This document shows, piece by piece, positions 10,224 to 20,229 of a stretch of 64,000 nt of DNA. Source of the DNA: an uncultured Gammaproteobacteria bacterium (lineage in GTDB: Bacteria > Pseudomonadota > Gammaproteobacteria > GCA-001735895); assembly GCA_947259485.1 (NCBI GenBank), contig CAMYLU010000013.1, forward strand, positions 25,065 to 89,064, written 5' to 3'. Positions within the stretch are counted from its first letter, which is position 1. Every line of letters begins with the position of its first letter. The notes under the pieces were generated by a model that did no database searches, was not told the origin of the DNA, and saw only the letters and a program-made list of their open reading frames with translations. A program made the translations under genes and the position numbers.

Positions 10224-10715
10224 ATGAATATGGCGTCTCCACAACTTCGATGGTTATGGATCAGCCTGATCGTGGTCATACTCGACCAGGCCACCAAGCA
10301 GATTGCCGAAGCACAGTTGACCCCTCATCAGGCGGTCAACCTGTTCCCGTACTTCGACTGGTACCTGACCTACAACACCGGCGCCGCGTTCAGTTTTCTC
10401 GCCAATGCCGGGGGCTGGCAACGCTGGTTGTTTACCGTGATTGCAATTGTCATCAGCATCGTTATCGTACAATGGGTCAGGAAACTGCCGGCGGAAGACA
10501 CGCTGACCGCGGCATCATTGTGCCTGATCCTCGGTGGCGCAATCGGCAATCTAATCGATCGCGTTTACCTCGGCCATGTTATCGACTACATACAGGTATG
10601 GCTTGGATCCTATCCATTCCCGGCGTTTAATATCGCCGATGCCTCGATTAGTGTCGGTGCGGTCCTGTTGATCCTGAGCAGTTTCTCCGGTTTCGGGAAA
10701 ACCACGTCCGGGTAA
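10224..10715 (+). CDS. lspA: Lipoprotein signal peptidase (signal peptidase II)
   Basis: 163 aa, four TM segments, conserved ..DQ.TK.. and ..FNIAD.. motifs. Position after ileS. Confidence 0.9.
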   Translation: MNMASPQLRWLWISLIVVILDQATKQIAEAQLTPHQAVNLFPYFDWYLTYNTGAAFSFLANAGGWQRWLFTVIAIVISIVIVQWVRKLPAEDTLTAASLCLILGGAIGNLIDRVYLGHVIDYIQVWLGSYPFPAFNIADASISVGAVLLILSSFSGFGKTTSG

Positions 10716-10719
10716 TTTC

Positions 10720-11178
10720 ATGGGCATGATAGAGCGCAACAGTCGAGTCACACTTTTTTACCGGATCGGTTTAACCGATGACCAGGTACTGGAGGATAAT
10801 TTTGATGATGAACCGATGACGGTTACCCTTGGCTGCGGTGAAATGGCCGAGGGACTGGAACTGGCATTGATTGGACTGAAGGCAGGCGACGAACAGACGA
10901 TCGACATTGGCCCCGATCTCGCCTTTGGTTATATCGACGAAACCCTGTTTCGTGCCCTGGCTCGAACTGAATTTGATTCTGACATTGAACTGGAGCCGGG
11001 ACTGATCATCGAATTCGTAACCGGAGAAGGGGAAACGCTTCCGGGCACCATACTGGATTTTAATGACAGCGAAGTCCGGGTTGATCTGAACCATCCCCTG
11101 GCTGGTCAAACGGTTCGCTATAGCGTTAAGATTGTCGCTGTTGATGACGATCCTGACGAACCGAAGGTCCTGCATTAA
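10720..11178 (+). CDS. fkpB: FKBP-type peptidyl-prolyl cis-trans isomerase (FkpB/SlpA-like)
   Basis: 152 aa FKBP fold (..[45 protein letters not shown]..). Canonical position between lspA and ispH. Confidence 0.8.
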   Translation: MGMIERNSRVTLFYRIGLTDDQVLEDNFDDEPMTVTLGCGEMAEGLELALIGLKAGDEQTIDIGPDLAFGYIDETLFRALARTEFDSDIELEPGLIIEFVTGEGETLPGTILDFNDSEVRVDLNHPLAGQTVRYSVKIVAVDDDPDEPKVLH

Positions 11179-12107
11179 TGGAAGTCCTGCTTGCCAATCC
11201 ACGTGGATTTTGTGCCGGCGTCGACCGTGCTATTGAAATCGTCGAACGCGCGTTACAGCTTTTTGGCGCGCCGATCTACGTGCGCCATGAAGTTGTGCAT
11301 AACCGCTTCGTCGTCGATGACCTCAAGCAAAAGGGAGCGATATTTGTCGAGGAACTCGACCAGATTCCCGACGATAATTACGTCATCTTTAGCGCTCATG
11401 GTGTTTCCAGGGCAGTACAACGAGAAGCCGAGCGTCGCCAGCTCAAGGTTTTTGACGCCACCTGCCCCTTGGTGACAAAGGTACACATGGAGGTCAGTCG
11501 CTATAGTCGCAAGGGCATTGAAACCGTGCTGATCGGTCACAGGGGACATCCCGAAGTCGAGGGCACCATGGGTCAGTACGACCGTACACATGGCGGTAAA
11601 ATTTACCTGGTCGAATCTGCTGAAGACGTGCGCAAACTAAAAGTGCAAAATCCGCAAGGGTTGCGTTTCGTAACACAGACAACCTTATCCAAGGACGACA
11701 CCGCGATCGTCATCGATTGTCTGCGCGAGACTTTCCCTGACATCCAGGGACCGAAAAAAGATGACATCTGCTATGCCACTCAAAATCGACAGGATGCGGT
11801 CAAGCAACTTGCCGAGCACTGCGACCTGATCCTGGTCGTCGGCTCCAGGAATAGTTCCAACTCGAATCGATTACGAGAAATCGCCAGTAATAAGCAGATT
11901 GAAGGTTACCTGATCGACAATGAAGATGACATCAAGCCCGAATGGCTTGAAAATAAAACCTGCGTCGGTGTGACAGCAGGTGCCTCCGCGCCTGAACTAC
12001 TGGTACAGAATGTTGTCAGTTTTTTACAACGGCATGGGGCCGGTAATGCATCTTCACTTGGATTTACCGAAGATGTGATCTTCCCACTACCAAAGCCCCT
12101 GAGATAG
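11178..12107 (+). CDS. ispH: 4-hydroxy-3-methylbut-2-enyl diphosphate reductase
   Basis: 309 aa. [22 protein letters not shown].. and conserved Cys and His residues of IspH/LytB. Confidence 0.93.
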   Translation: MEVLLANPRGFCAGVDRAIEIVERALQLFGAPIYVRHEVVHNRFVVDDLKQKGAIFVEELDQIPDDNYVIFSAHGVSRAVQREAERRQLKVFDATCPLVTKVHMEVSRYSRKGIETVLIGHRGHPEVEGTMGQYDRTHGGKIYLVESAEDVRKLKVQNPQGLRFVTQTTLSKDDTAIVIDCLRETFPDIQGPKKDDICYATQNRQDAVKQLAEHCDLILVVGSRNSSNSNRLREIASNKQIEGYLIDNEDDIKPEWLENKTCVGVTAGASAPELLVQNVVSFLQRHGAGNASSLGFTEDVIFPLPKPLR

Positions 12108-12131
12108 ACAGACCAGTATCGAGAGGAATCG

Positions 12132-12980
12132 ATGAACCGAATTTACCATCACTGCCTGGCGATCGCCTGCATAATGATGCTGAGCGGCTGCGGAATGATT
12201 GATTATGCCTACAAAAAGGCGCCCGCCTATGTCGCCAGCGAGATCGACGAGGCTTTCGACCTGAGCGAGTCCCAGATCGGTCAGCTTGATTCACGCCTGG
12301 ACCAGTTTTTTACCTGGCACCGCCAGCAGGAACTCGGCCGCTATCAACAGTTACTCGAACGGGCGGCCCTGTCTGCCGCCGATGGCATCACCGCGACTGA
12401 TTTCTTAAACTTGAGCAACGATGTACGCCTCGCCTGGCGGCGCTCGCTGGCAAAGGCGATCGACGACCTGGGCGACCTCGTGGTTACGCTCGACCAACAG
12501 CAGATTGAACACTATCAGCGCTATCATCGCGACAACGCCGGGGAGTACGAAGCCTACCTGCAGAAGTCAGACCAACAGCGTGAGATCTACCGCGTCCGCC
12601 GCAGCATCGACCGCCTCGAAAACTGGTTTGGCGACTTTACGCGTGACCAGGAAGAAAAAATCATCACCAGGTTGCAGCGATTACCCGACTTTTACGAGCC
12701 CTGGATCGTCTACCGGGAAGCGCGTCAACAGGCATTGGTCAACGCCTTTAATAATGCCACCGATGCAGGATTGACCCGTCAGCAGCTCAAGACCATTCTG
12801 CTCGACCCATCAACCGAGTACGCGCGCACATTCGAACCCGCTCGCCAGTCCTACTGGCGTGCTTATGCAGCTGCACTCGAAGACATCAGCTCCTGGCTTA
12901 CAAAGACACAAAAACAAAGAGTGGTAGAGAAATTACAGAAGTACGCACGTGTTGCCGCGCGCCTGACCGACGCCGGCTAA
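12132..12980 (+). CDS. Hypothetical lipoprotein
   Basis: 282 aa with lipobox ..IMMLSGC. Highly charged, helical, Q/R/E-rich body. No catalytic motif. Confidence 0.6.
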   Translation: MNRIYHHCLAIACIMMLSGCGMIDYAYKKAPAYVASEIDEAFDLSESQIGQLDSRLDQFFTWHRQQELGRYQQLLERAALSAADGITATDFLNLSNDVRLAWRRSLAKAIDDLGDLVVTLDQQQIEHYQRYHRDNAGEYEAYLQKSDQQREIYRVRRSIDRLENWFGDFTRDQEEKIITRLQRLPDFYEPWIVYREARQQALVNAFNNATDAGLTRQQLKTILLDPSTEYARTFEPARQSYWRAYAAALEDISSWLTKTQKQRVVEKLQKYARVAARLTDAG

Positions 12981-13186
12981 CGCTAGCGCAATTCCTGCCG
13001 GATAGCCAATTAATACAAAACTCCAGGCAATAGCTTAAACTAGTGTCTACTAAATCACTCGCTACAACAAAATTGTTTCATATCAACTATTATAGAATAC
13101 CTGTAATGGCATTATCATCTGCCCCGCTACATGGAAAAATACCAAAGCACATACGATTTAGCTGGGAGTAATGCCTCGGAGAAGCG

Positions 13187-13429
13187 ATGATTGATGTAAA
13201 ACGCAGTTTAACAAGGGTTATTGAAGACCCTCACTTCAGCCGCAGGGAGAGACATTTGGCTAAATCATCGCTTGAGCTAATCGAAGAACTTGAGAACCGG
13301 GAAGTCTACCATTGGACCGAAATGGCGAGATTTGCTCTGTTGACCGAGGTACGTAAAAAGGTAATAGGTTCGCAGGCAGCCACCAAGATTGACAGCTTCC
13401 TGAAAAGGCACCGGGTTAAAAGACCGTAA
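13187..13429 (+). CDS. Small hypothetical protein (80 aa)
   Basis: Follows a ~200-bp AT-rich intergenic region. Good GGAGAA Shine-Dalgarno 6 nt upstream of the ATG. Basic, helical. No homolog recognised. Confidence 0.4.
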   Translation: MIDVKRSLTRVIEDPHFSRRERHLAKSSLELIEELENREVYHWTEMARFALLTEVRKKVIGSQAATKIDSFLKRHRVKRP

Positions 13430-13480
13430 AATACTACCTCTTGCCCCATTGCATACCCTGGCTCGGCAGGTCCCCCAGCG

Positions 13481-14134
13481 TCAGCCGTCGCGCCTGAACT
13501 TGCCGGTTTCCAGGTAATGGATAACCTGCTCTATGACCCTGCTATTGCGCATCATGAAGGTGTGCGATACCTCCATTTCGAGATGATCTTTCATGCCTTC
13601 AAGCCTGGTATTTTCAACCGAAACCCTGCCGTCATCGGGCCCTGGAATCATGCGCGACATGAACAGATCAATACTTCTGGTGCCGGCGATGATGCCCAAA
13701 TCGAAATTGGCGTGCCCCAGCTTGTTGGGAACACTGGTTTCGCCAGTTCCAAGCTCGAGCCCGGCGTCGCCGTGAACGAAGTGGAACCCCGGGAAATCAC
13801 GCAACTTGTCGACAATCTCGCTGCCCTTGTTAGGGGGGCCGAGCATGACCACGCGGCCGAGGCTGTCGATGCTATGGTGTTTAAGGTATTGCCGGACCAG
13901 GATCCCACCCATCGAATGGGTTACGAAGTTTACCCGGTGACCTTGCGGGCATGCCTCTAAAGCCGGCCCGATAGCCTCGTCGGCCAGTGCCGCGATATTT
14001 TTACGATTTGATCGGTAACTGATGTTCTGTACAAAATAACCCCGCTTTAACAGCGCCCGCTCAAGCTTTTTCATCGATCGGTCCGAACGCAACAGACCGT
14101 GAAGCAGGATGATGCTATCGGCCTGGGACGACAT
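13481..14134 (-). CDS. Alpha/beta-hydrolase fold protein (putative esterase/lipase)
   Basis: 217 aa. Nucleophile elbow HSMGG (GxSxG), N-terminal ..IILLHGL.. oxyanion region, and a late His in ..HTFMM... Confidence 0.7.
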   Translation of the reverse strand: MSSQADSIILLHGLLRSDRSMKKLERALLKRGYFVQNISYRSNRKNIAALADEAIGPALEACPQGHRVNFVTHSMGGILVRQYLKHHSIDSLGRVVMLGPPNKGSEIVDKLRDFPGFHFVHGDAGLELGTGETSVPNKLGHANFDLGIIAGTRSIDLFMSRMIPGPDDGRVSVENTRLEGMKDHLEMEVSHTFMMRNSRVIEQVIHYLETGKFRRDG

Positions 14135-14168
14135 CTAAAATCCGCTTGCTTCAGCAAAAGACTGGCGT

Positions 14169-14582
14169 TTAACCCTCGATCTCATCGGTATCGTATTGTC
14201 CCGACAGCTTGCGCCGCACATGCGACCAGGACATGCCGACCGCGAGGACGCCGGCCAGTACGAACAGCACGACCCACTGGATGACGGCCGTATCGTCGAG
14301 CGCGAAAAAACCCCACTCGATAAACAGCCAGATCAGGATTCCGAAAAAGGCAAGCGCAAGGGCCGTGCCGATGGGTCCTAGCGACCTCCAGGTCGCCCGC
14401 AGGAACATAACCCACCCGATTAACAGCACGATACCGGTGGCAGCCTTGTAGACGGTTGCAATATCTGATTGCAGCCAGCCAACCCAGGAATAACCGCTCG
14501 GGTTATAAGTCAGAAAAACGAGTGCGAGCGCAAACAGAAAACGTAGAAAAAAACTGCCTATGGAGAAATCGTTTCGGGCCAT
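14169..14582 (-). CDS. Hypothetical integral membrane protein (4 TM)
   Basis: 137 aa with four hydrophobic helices. No soluble domain. Confidence 0.5.
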   Translation of the reverse strand: MARNDFSIGSFFLRFLFALALVFLTYNPSGYSWVGWLQSDIATVYKAATGIVLLIGWVMFLRATWRSLGPIGTALALAFFGILIWLFIEWGFFALDDTAVIQWVVLFVLAGVLAVGMSWSHVRRKLSGQYDTDEIEG

Positions 14583-14659
14583 GTCGTTACCGGGGATTCC
14601 AAAAAAACGCTATGGTAACAGACAATTTCGCAGCAGCAACACGATTGATGACCCGGGTG

Positions 14660-16123
14660 CTATGCCTGTTCGACAACCAGGGCGTCCCCAATTCTGATTA
14701 CCGCTTGCGCGAGTCCATCGACCTGAGAGTGATCCGTGCGGGCACCAAGAAAACAGGGGCGCAAAGCCAGTTGTCCGTTAATACGGGTAGTGCTTGGCAG
14801 GTATTCGTTTTCCCTGACCAGGCGTCGGCGGATTTTCTGGTTGAGTCGGTCAAGATCGTCAATCTGCGGCGCGACATAACGAAAGCAACAGACCGATAGA
14901 GTCGGTTCCAGTAACAATTCAAGCCTGGGGTGTTGCTTGCAAAATGCGGCAAGCTCGCGGGCCATATCATTGTGACGCACAATTCGCTCGCGCATACCCT
15001 CTACGCCAATCTCCCTGATCAGGGCCCAGACGACAATACCGCGCGGGGGTGCGCTAAGTTCTACGCCGTAGTCGAAATAACGAATACTGAAATCGTCAAG
15101 CGAATGTTCAAGTGGCGCCGTGGTAGCGTCGATATCATCGATCGACCCCTCCAGGTAATCGGAGGGCCCCTGGGTAAAAGCCCTTTGCAGTAATTCACGG
15201 TCATGCACAAAGGTCGCGGCAACCCCGACCGAAGCACCTAGCCATTTGTGTGGATCGACGATTATCGAGTCGACCAGCTCCAGTCCATCGTAAAGATCGC
15301 GCAAGCGCTCATCCAGGATACCGGGCAACCCGTAGGCACCATCCACATGCAGCCAGATTCCGTGTTCACGTGCGAGCTCGCCAATGGCACGCAACGGGTC
15401 AATCGCACCCCTGTTGGTGCTGCCCAGGTTAGCAACGATCGCCATGGGCAAAATATCGTCCTGCAGATCCTGTTCAATAGCTACCCGCAGCGCATCGGGA
15501 CGCATCCGGCCCTGGTCGTCACAGGCAATGGGCTTGATCGCTCGCCGTCCTATCCCGAGTACGCCGCCCGCTCGCTGGATGGTATGGTGACACTCGCTAC
15601 TCGCGTAAACACTGACGGCGCGGTTGACGCCGTCGCGCGCAGGATCATGGCCTGCTTTCTCAAACGCATATTGCCGTGCACCACCGAGTCCGACCAGGTT
15701 GGCGACCGAGCCTCCGCTACTGTAGATGCCTTTCATATTACCCAGGCCGCACATCTGCGCGAGCCAGTCGAGCGACAGTTCTTCGATAAAGTTGAATGCG
15801 GTGTGCATATATCTTTGTGGCGAGGCGATACTGGCGGCAGTCGATGCCAGCGTCGATGCGGTGGTCGCGCCGGTGGTAATATAAGAAGTAAATCCGGGTT
15901 TAGTCACTGCCGAACCATTGGGAATGATCTGTTCCAGCAGTTCACGGGTGACTTCATCGATGCCGACCCCTTGCTGCGGCACTGGTCTATCCAGTGCAGC
16001 CTTCCAGACGTTTTGTCGTGCCAGCGCGTCGGGGTGTTCAAACGCTAAAAACTGGTCGAGACCGGCGCCTACTCTCGCTAACAACTCCTGCAGGTTGCCG
16101 ACCTCAGCCTGATCCTGTGACAT
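14660..16123 (-). CDS. Pyridoxal phosphate-dependent group II decarboxylase (aromatic-amino-acid, glutamate or diaminobutyrate decarboxylase family)
   Basis: 487 aa. ..SGGSVANLVGL.., ..HVDGAYG.. and the PLP-lysine motif ..DPHKWLG.. characteristic of group II decarboxylases. Confidence 0.85.
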   Translation of the reverse strand: MSQDQAEVGNLQELLARVGAGLDQFLAFEHPDALARQNVWKAALDRPVPQQGVGIDEVTRELLEQIIPNGSAVTKPGFTSYITTGATTASTLASTAASIASPQRYMHTAFNFIEELSLDWLAQMCGLGNMKGIYSSGGSVANLVGLGGARQYAFEKAGHDPARDGVNRAVSVYASSECHHTIQRAGGVLGIGRRAIKPIACDDQGRMRPDALRVAIEQDLQDDILPMAIVANLGSTNRGAIDPLRAIGELAREHGIWLHVDGAYGLPGILDERLRDLYDGLELVDSIIVDPHKWLGASVGVAATFVHDRELLQRAFTQGPSDYLEGSIDDIDATTAPLEHSLDDFSIRYFDYGVELSAPPRGIVVWALIREIGVEGMRERIVRHNDMARELAAFCKQHPRLELLLEPTLSVCCFRYVAPQIDDLDRLNQKIRRRLVRENEYLPSTTRINGQLALRPCFLGARTDHSQVDGLAQAVIRIGDALVVEQA

Positions 16124-16164
16124 AGACTCTTCTCAATTTTAGAAACGCATTCTCGCAACTAACA

Positions 16165-18249
16165 TTATCGGTTAGCAGCAAGCGACGCAATGCGCAGCCG
16201 AAATTCCGCCCCAGGCTCACAGTTAACAACATCGACTTCGGTTTGCATTGCACTTGCAAGTTGACGTACCAGCGCCAGGCCGATGCCGGTGCCGACGGTT
16301 TCACGCGTAAGCTCGTTCTCGGAGCGGTAAAACAGTTTGAAAATCTTCTTCATCTGGTCCGGATCGATACCGGGTCCGTAATCGCGCACCGAAAACTGAA
16401 TCTTGCCGTCCTGCATTTGCTGACAGCGAATGTCGATTCGCTTTTGGGCACCGTTAACGGAAAACTTGACCGCATTATCCACCAGGTTGATAAAAATCTG
16501 GATGAACCAGTCGATGTCAATTTTAATTCGAGCCGACTCAACTTCCTGTGTCCCCGTAATCAGCAGGTCGAACTCCGAGGGTTCGAGTTGCGATTCGAGG
16601 CGTGGTTTGAGCTCCGCCAGCGCCTCGCCAACGGTCATCTCAGTGAGCGTGCCAGCCTGCTCGTTACGAGACATACGCGCCAGCTGCAGTACATTATTGA
16701 TCAGCCGCGTGAGTCGTTCCGCCTCGTAAAAAATAAAATCATAATAGGTTTTACGTTTTGCCTTGTCGGCCCAGCCCTCGCGCAGCATTTCTCCATACAT
16801 TCGAATCGATGTCAGTGGAGTTTTAAGTTCGTGGCTGACCGCGGAAACAAAATCCTGTTGCTGCCGCGCCAGGGCGAGCTGACGTTGACCCAGTCGAAGC
16901 AGCATCAGGCAACCACCCACCAGCACGATCGCGAGCACCACCGCCGACCAGATGATGACCTGACCACCGGCGCCGACCGGCAATCTCGCCAGTGCATAAA
17001 TCAGCTCGATATCGCCAAACGGCGCAATCAAACGGCTCTGGTAGAGCAACTCGTTACTCACCTGCCCGGTACTGGGGCGATACTGTCGACTGTAATCGGC
17101 GGCAAAGTTTTCCAGGATCGAGCCGCGGTAGGCGACAATCAGTTTACTCATCGATGACAGGCTCGATTCGCGAAACGCCGGTGCAATCAAGCCTTCAATG
17201 AAATTCGCCTGGTCGATCAGAATACCCTGCACGTAGCGTTCATTGCTATGCCAGACACGCCGGAACAGGACGAAGTGCCCGCTGTCGAGCAGCGCAAATT
17301 CCATCGGCTCGACTTCACTCTCGAATGTCTGAATCCGGATCGCTCGCTGATCCAGCATCGGCTCGGCAAACACTACCTCGTTATCCACAGTTTCAGCGGC
17401 TCTTTTCTCAAGGCTTAGCGCCTGCTCGAGCATGGCCTGTGGCAGGTTTACCTTTTCCTTGCGCGAACGCCGTGATTCCGCCTGTTTTGTCTCCTCCCGT
17501 CGCTGCATCTCCGGTTTGGCTTCGGCGGCTATCTGGAAGCTGTCTTCGAGTTTAAGGTCCTTGACCTGGTCTACAGGTGCGCTGCTTTCAGCAGGGGCAT
17601 TTAATTTCCGCGTGGTCAATTCATCGAAGGCCGACTGTCCCTCGGTATCACCATCATCCATCGCGATACTCGAACTCATGCTGTCGACCTCGGTGGTCAG
17701 ACTCGGCGCATCGGAGCGCGCCGCTTGGGCTACCTCTTCCTCGGCAAGAATTTCACCGACCGCCGGTGATGCCGCGAGATCACTTTTGCCGACCAGGCGG
17801 TTTTGATCGAGAATGCCGCGAATGCGACCTTCCTGCTGCTCGCGCTGTTGTAGTTCGGATGACGAAATGCCATAGCTGGACGCATTGGCTTCGGGCACGG
17901 TTGGGGTACGCAGCTGCCCTGCAGAATCGACCTGGAAATAACCCAGCAAGCCTGGCACCTCGGCCTCCAGCGGGAACTGTGACAGTGGTGAGCGCTGCAG
18001 AAAGGCGGACCCTTCAGAGCCGCTGACATTGAGAAATTCATAGTCGCTGATGGGTCGGCTTTCTTCGCGCTCAATCAGGTTTCGAAATTCGCTGTCGATG
18101 CGTAAGCTCAACTCGCGGGCAAGCTGCTGATGCTGGTAGAAAGCCTCCCATTTCAACTGCCCGTAGGCATGGTAAACCAGGATCGAGGTCGGTAACGCCA
18201 GCGCCACGAAAAACAGTACCAGCAACAGGGTGAGGCGCCGCTGGGTCAT
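16165..18249 (-). CDS. Sensor histidine kinase with a large (~380 aa) extracytoplasmic sensing region
   Basis: 694 aa. TM1 at residues ~7-27, a long periplasmic domain with an E/Q/S-rich low-complexity stretch, and TM2 around residue 430. HisKA box ..SAVSHELKTPLTSIRMY.. is followed by HATPase N/G boxes (..NLVDNAVKFS.., ..DYGPGI.., ..GTGIGLAL..). Confidence 0.85.
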   Translation of the reverse strand: MTQRRLTLLLVLFFVALALPTSILVYHAYGQLKWEAFYQHQQLARELSLRIDSEFRNLIEREESRPISDYEFLNVSGSEGSAFLQRSPLSQFPLEAEVPGLLGYFQVDSAGQLRTPTVPEANASSYGISSSELQQREQQEGRIRGILDQNRLVGKSDLAASPAVGEILAEEEVAQAARSDAPSLTTEVDSMSSSIAMDDGDTEGQSAFDELTTRKLNAPAESSAPVDQVKDLKLEDSFQIAAEAKPEMQRREETKQAESRRSRKEKVNLPQAMLEQALSLEKRAAETVDNEVVFAEPMLDQRAIRIQTFESEVEPMEFALLDSGHFVLFRRVWHSNERYVQGILIDQANFIEGLIAPAFRESSLSSMSKLIVAYRGSILENFAADYSRQYRPSTGQVSNELLYQSRLIAPFGDIELIYALARLPVGAGGQVIIWSAVVLAIVLVGGCLMLLRLGQRQLALARQQQDFVSAVSHELKTPLTSIRMYGEMLREGWADKAKRKTYYDFIFYEAERLTRLINNVLQLARMSRNEQAGTLTEMTVGEALAELKPRLESQLEPSEFDLLITGTQEVESARIKIDIDWFIQIFINLVDNAVKFSVNGAQKRIDIRCQQMQDGKIQFSVRDYGPGIDPDQMKKIFKLFYRSENELTRETVGTGIGLALVRQLASAMQTEVDVVNCEPGAEFRLRIASLAANR

Positions 18250-18944
18250 TGCTCGGCAAGCATCAGGCGATAGCCGGCACCGCGCACCGTGACAATGGCT
18301 TCGGGGTTGGCGGGATGGATTTCAATTTTGCGGCGCAACTTGGCAATATGAATGTCGACGGTACGGGTTTCTATTTCCATGTGATTGGCATAGCCCCAGA
18401 CTCGTGCGAGCAGTTCCTCACGCGATACCGGACGCTCCGATTGCTGGCAAAGATAGTGCAGCAGGTCCATTTCACGGCGCGTAAAAACGGTGTCCCCGGC
18501 GCATAGATTCTCGGTATCGATGACGAGACCATTGTTGAGTTTGATTTCCCGAACCGAGGCTTCATCGAAACCCGAACGTCGCAATACCGCCTCCACGCGC
18601 AGTACCAGCTGTGTTACCGAAAAAGGCTTGGCGACGTAATCGTCAGCGCCCAGGGTAAGGCCCTGGACGATATCTTCGTCACTCGATTTTGCGGTCAGCA
18701 TGATAACGGGCTGCTGGCGGTCCTGTTGGCGGATACGATTACAGATTTCAAAGCCATCGACACCTGGCAACATGACATCGAGCAGAATCAGGTCAAATTG
18801 CCCGCTTAGCGCTTTGCGCAGACCGTCATCACCGTGATCGGCGGTGTCAACCTCGTAGCCATGGTAGACAAAAACATCGACCAGCCCGCTACGTATTGCG
18901 GCCTCGTCTTCAACGATCAGCAAGCGCGCTTTCTGCGCCATCAC
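18246..18944 (-). CDS. OmpR-family response regulator (REC plus winged-helix DNA-binding domain)
   Basis: 232 aa. ..LLIVEDEAAIRSGL..DLILLDVMLPGVDGFEI..MLTAK.. receiver domain and C-terminal ..RVWGY....RTVDIHIAKLRRKIE.. trans_reg_C. Its stop overlaps the kinase start by 4 nt. Confidence 0.9.
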   Translation of the reverse strand: MMAQKARLLIVEDEAAIRSGLVDVFVYHGYEVDTADHGDDGLRKALSGQFDLILLDVMLPGVDGFEICNRIRQQDRQQPVIMLTAKSSDEDIVQGLTLGADDYVAKPFSVTQLVLRVEAVLRRSGFDEASVREIKLNNGLVIDTENLCAGDTVFTRREMDLLHYLCQQSERPVSREELLARVWGYANHMEIETRTVDIHIAKLRRKIEIHPANPEAIVTVRGAGYRLMLAEQ

Positions 18945-19107
18945 ATTTTATCCTTAATAAACACACCACAATCCTAGCATTCCAGTTCGTCGGCTATGTA
19001 AATTTTTTGTAAATCCACCGCACCAGGTTTTACCAAACTCTGCCTGTTTTAATCCCCGATCCTGACCCAGAATTACTGCATCTTTCAACCACAACGGAGC
19101 AATCAAA

Positions 19108-19638
19108 ATGGCATTGGTAACCCGACTATCACGACTGTTTCAGGCCGATTTCCACGCGGTCCTCGATCGCATCGAGGAACCCGACCTGCAACTCAGGCAG
19201 GCGGTCCGTGAAATGCAATTCACGCTCGACCAGGATCAACAACGCCTGAAGCTACTGCAGCACGAGGCTGCCCAACTCGACAAGGCGGCTAAGGCTACCT
19301 CGACAAGCCTTGAAGGCTACGACGAAGAGCTGGACATCTGCCTGGCCGCGAAAAAAGACGACCTGGCGCGCGATTTAATTCGTCGCAAACTCGTCAGCGA
19401 AAAACAGCTGCAGACATTGCAGCAGCAGTTCACCAGCGTTGAATTACAGCGCCAGAATCTTGAACAGCAAATCGACGAACAAAACCAGCAATTAACCAGC
19501 ATGAAGCAAAAACTCGAGCTGCTGGTCAGCGACGATGAAGGTTTCGGCAGGGGCGAATTCAACCACGCTGACACGATCCGCGGCGAGGAAATTGAAATTG
19601 CTTTACTGCGCGAAAAACAACGGAGGGCCAAAGCATGA
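19108..19638 (+). CDS. PspA/IM30 (phage shock protein A / Vipp1) family protein
   Basis: 176 aa all-helical coiled coil. The N-terminus MALVTRLSRLFQADFHAVLDRIEEPDLQLRQAVREMQFTL parallels PspA [40 protein letters not shown]. Shorter than E. coli PspA. Confidence 0.72.
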   Translation: MALVTRLSRLFQADFHAVLDRIEEPDLQLRQAVREMQFTLDQDQQRLKLLQHEAAQLDKAAKATSTSLEGYDEELDICLAAKKDDLARDLIRRKLVSEKQLQTLQQQFTSVELQRQNLEQQIDEQNQQLTSMKQKLELLVSDDEGFGRGEFNHADTIRGEEIEIALLREKQRRAKA

Positions 19639-20213
19639 ACAAGAGCATGAAGACCCCCGGAATCATTGATGGCATCATCGTCGCAATCGCGATCAGTCTA
19701 GGCGCCGGAGCAGTGAGCCTGGTGCTGGGCGGATTTGTCGCCTACGCCACGTTGTTCAACCTGCTGCTTTGCACGGCAACACTGATCTACCTGCTTTACC
19801 TGCTAAGGCGCAGCAATGCCCGCGTCGGACGCGTAGTCGTTATTGCCGGCTGGGGTCTGGTAAGTCTCGCCGGCTGGTTCTTTAACATAGCGCCATTCGA
19901 ACAGGTACTGGTTCAGGCCGGCATTATCTGGCTGACACGCTCGCTTTATTTTCATGCCTCGCTGTTTACCGCGGCGCTCGATTTCGGGTTGGTTTCAGTC
20001 GGTCTTGCAGCAAGCGCCTGGGCCATGGTCAACACCGGCAGTCTCGCCGCGGCCCTGTGGAGTTTCTTCCTGGTCCAGGCCCTGTTTTGCTGGCTCCCGG
20101 ATCTTGCGCGCAAACAGTCCGCCGAGGCCTGTCGCCAACAGCATGATCAATCATCATTCCAAACCGCACACCGTGTCGCCCTCGACGCGGTGCGCAAACT
20201 TACCCAAACCTAA
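19635..20213 (+). CDS. Hypothetical polytopic membrane protein co-transcribed with the PspA-like gene
   Basis: 192 aa with about five hydrophobic helices. ATGA start/stop overlap with the PspA-like gene. Confidence 0.6.
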   Translation: MNKSMKTPGIIDGIIVAIAISLGAGAVSLVLGGFVAYATLFNLLLCTATLIYLLYLLRRSNARVGRVVVIAGWGLVSLAGWFFNIAPFEQVLVQAGIIWLTRSLYFHASLFTAALDFGLVSVGLAASAWAMVNTGSLAAALWSFFLVQALFCWLPDLARKQSAEACRQQHDQSSFQTAHRVALDAVRKLTQT

Positions 20214-20229
20214 CCCCGGAGATAATCCA

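Noticed and set aside
8118-10244. Multiple minus- and plus-strand ORFs inside ileS (e.g. 8118..8789, 9195..9647, 9779..10078)
   Set aside because: They are antisense or off-frame within a 944-aa conserved aminoacyl-tRNA synthetase gene, with compositionally biased translations.
12981-13186. AT-rich 200-bp intergenic region considered for a tRNA or small-RNA gene
   Set aside because: No cloverleaf-compatible stems or conserved tRNA boxes (GTTC..A..C / TGGTA) were seen. It is likely just a promoter region or a horizontally acquired junction.
16243-18026. Plus-strand ORFs antisense to the histidine kinase (16243..17157 304 aa and others)
   Set aside because: There are no motifs, and the kinase frame has HisKA and HATPase boxes.
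18945-19107. Sigma-54 (TGGCAC-N5-TTGCW) promoter upstream of the PspA-like gene, by analogy to E. coli pspA
   Set aside because: I could not find a -24/-12 element by eye, and the adjacent regulator is OmpR-type rather than a PspF-like bEBP, so none is claimed.
19954-20229. Upstream extension of the vWA ORF (listed as 19954..21438, 494 aa)
   Set aside because: The extension overlaps the 5-TM membrane-protein gene in another frame, and its translation is Pro/Arg/Ser-rich junk. A signal-peptide start with a GGAGA Shine-Dalgarno exists at 20230.
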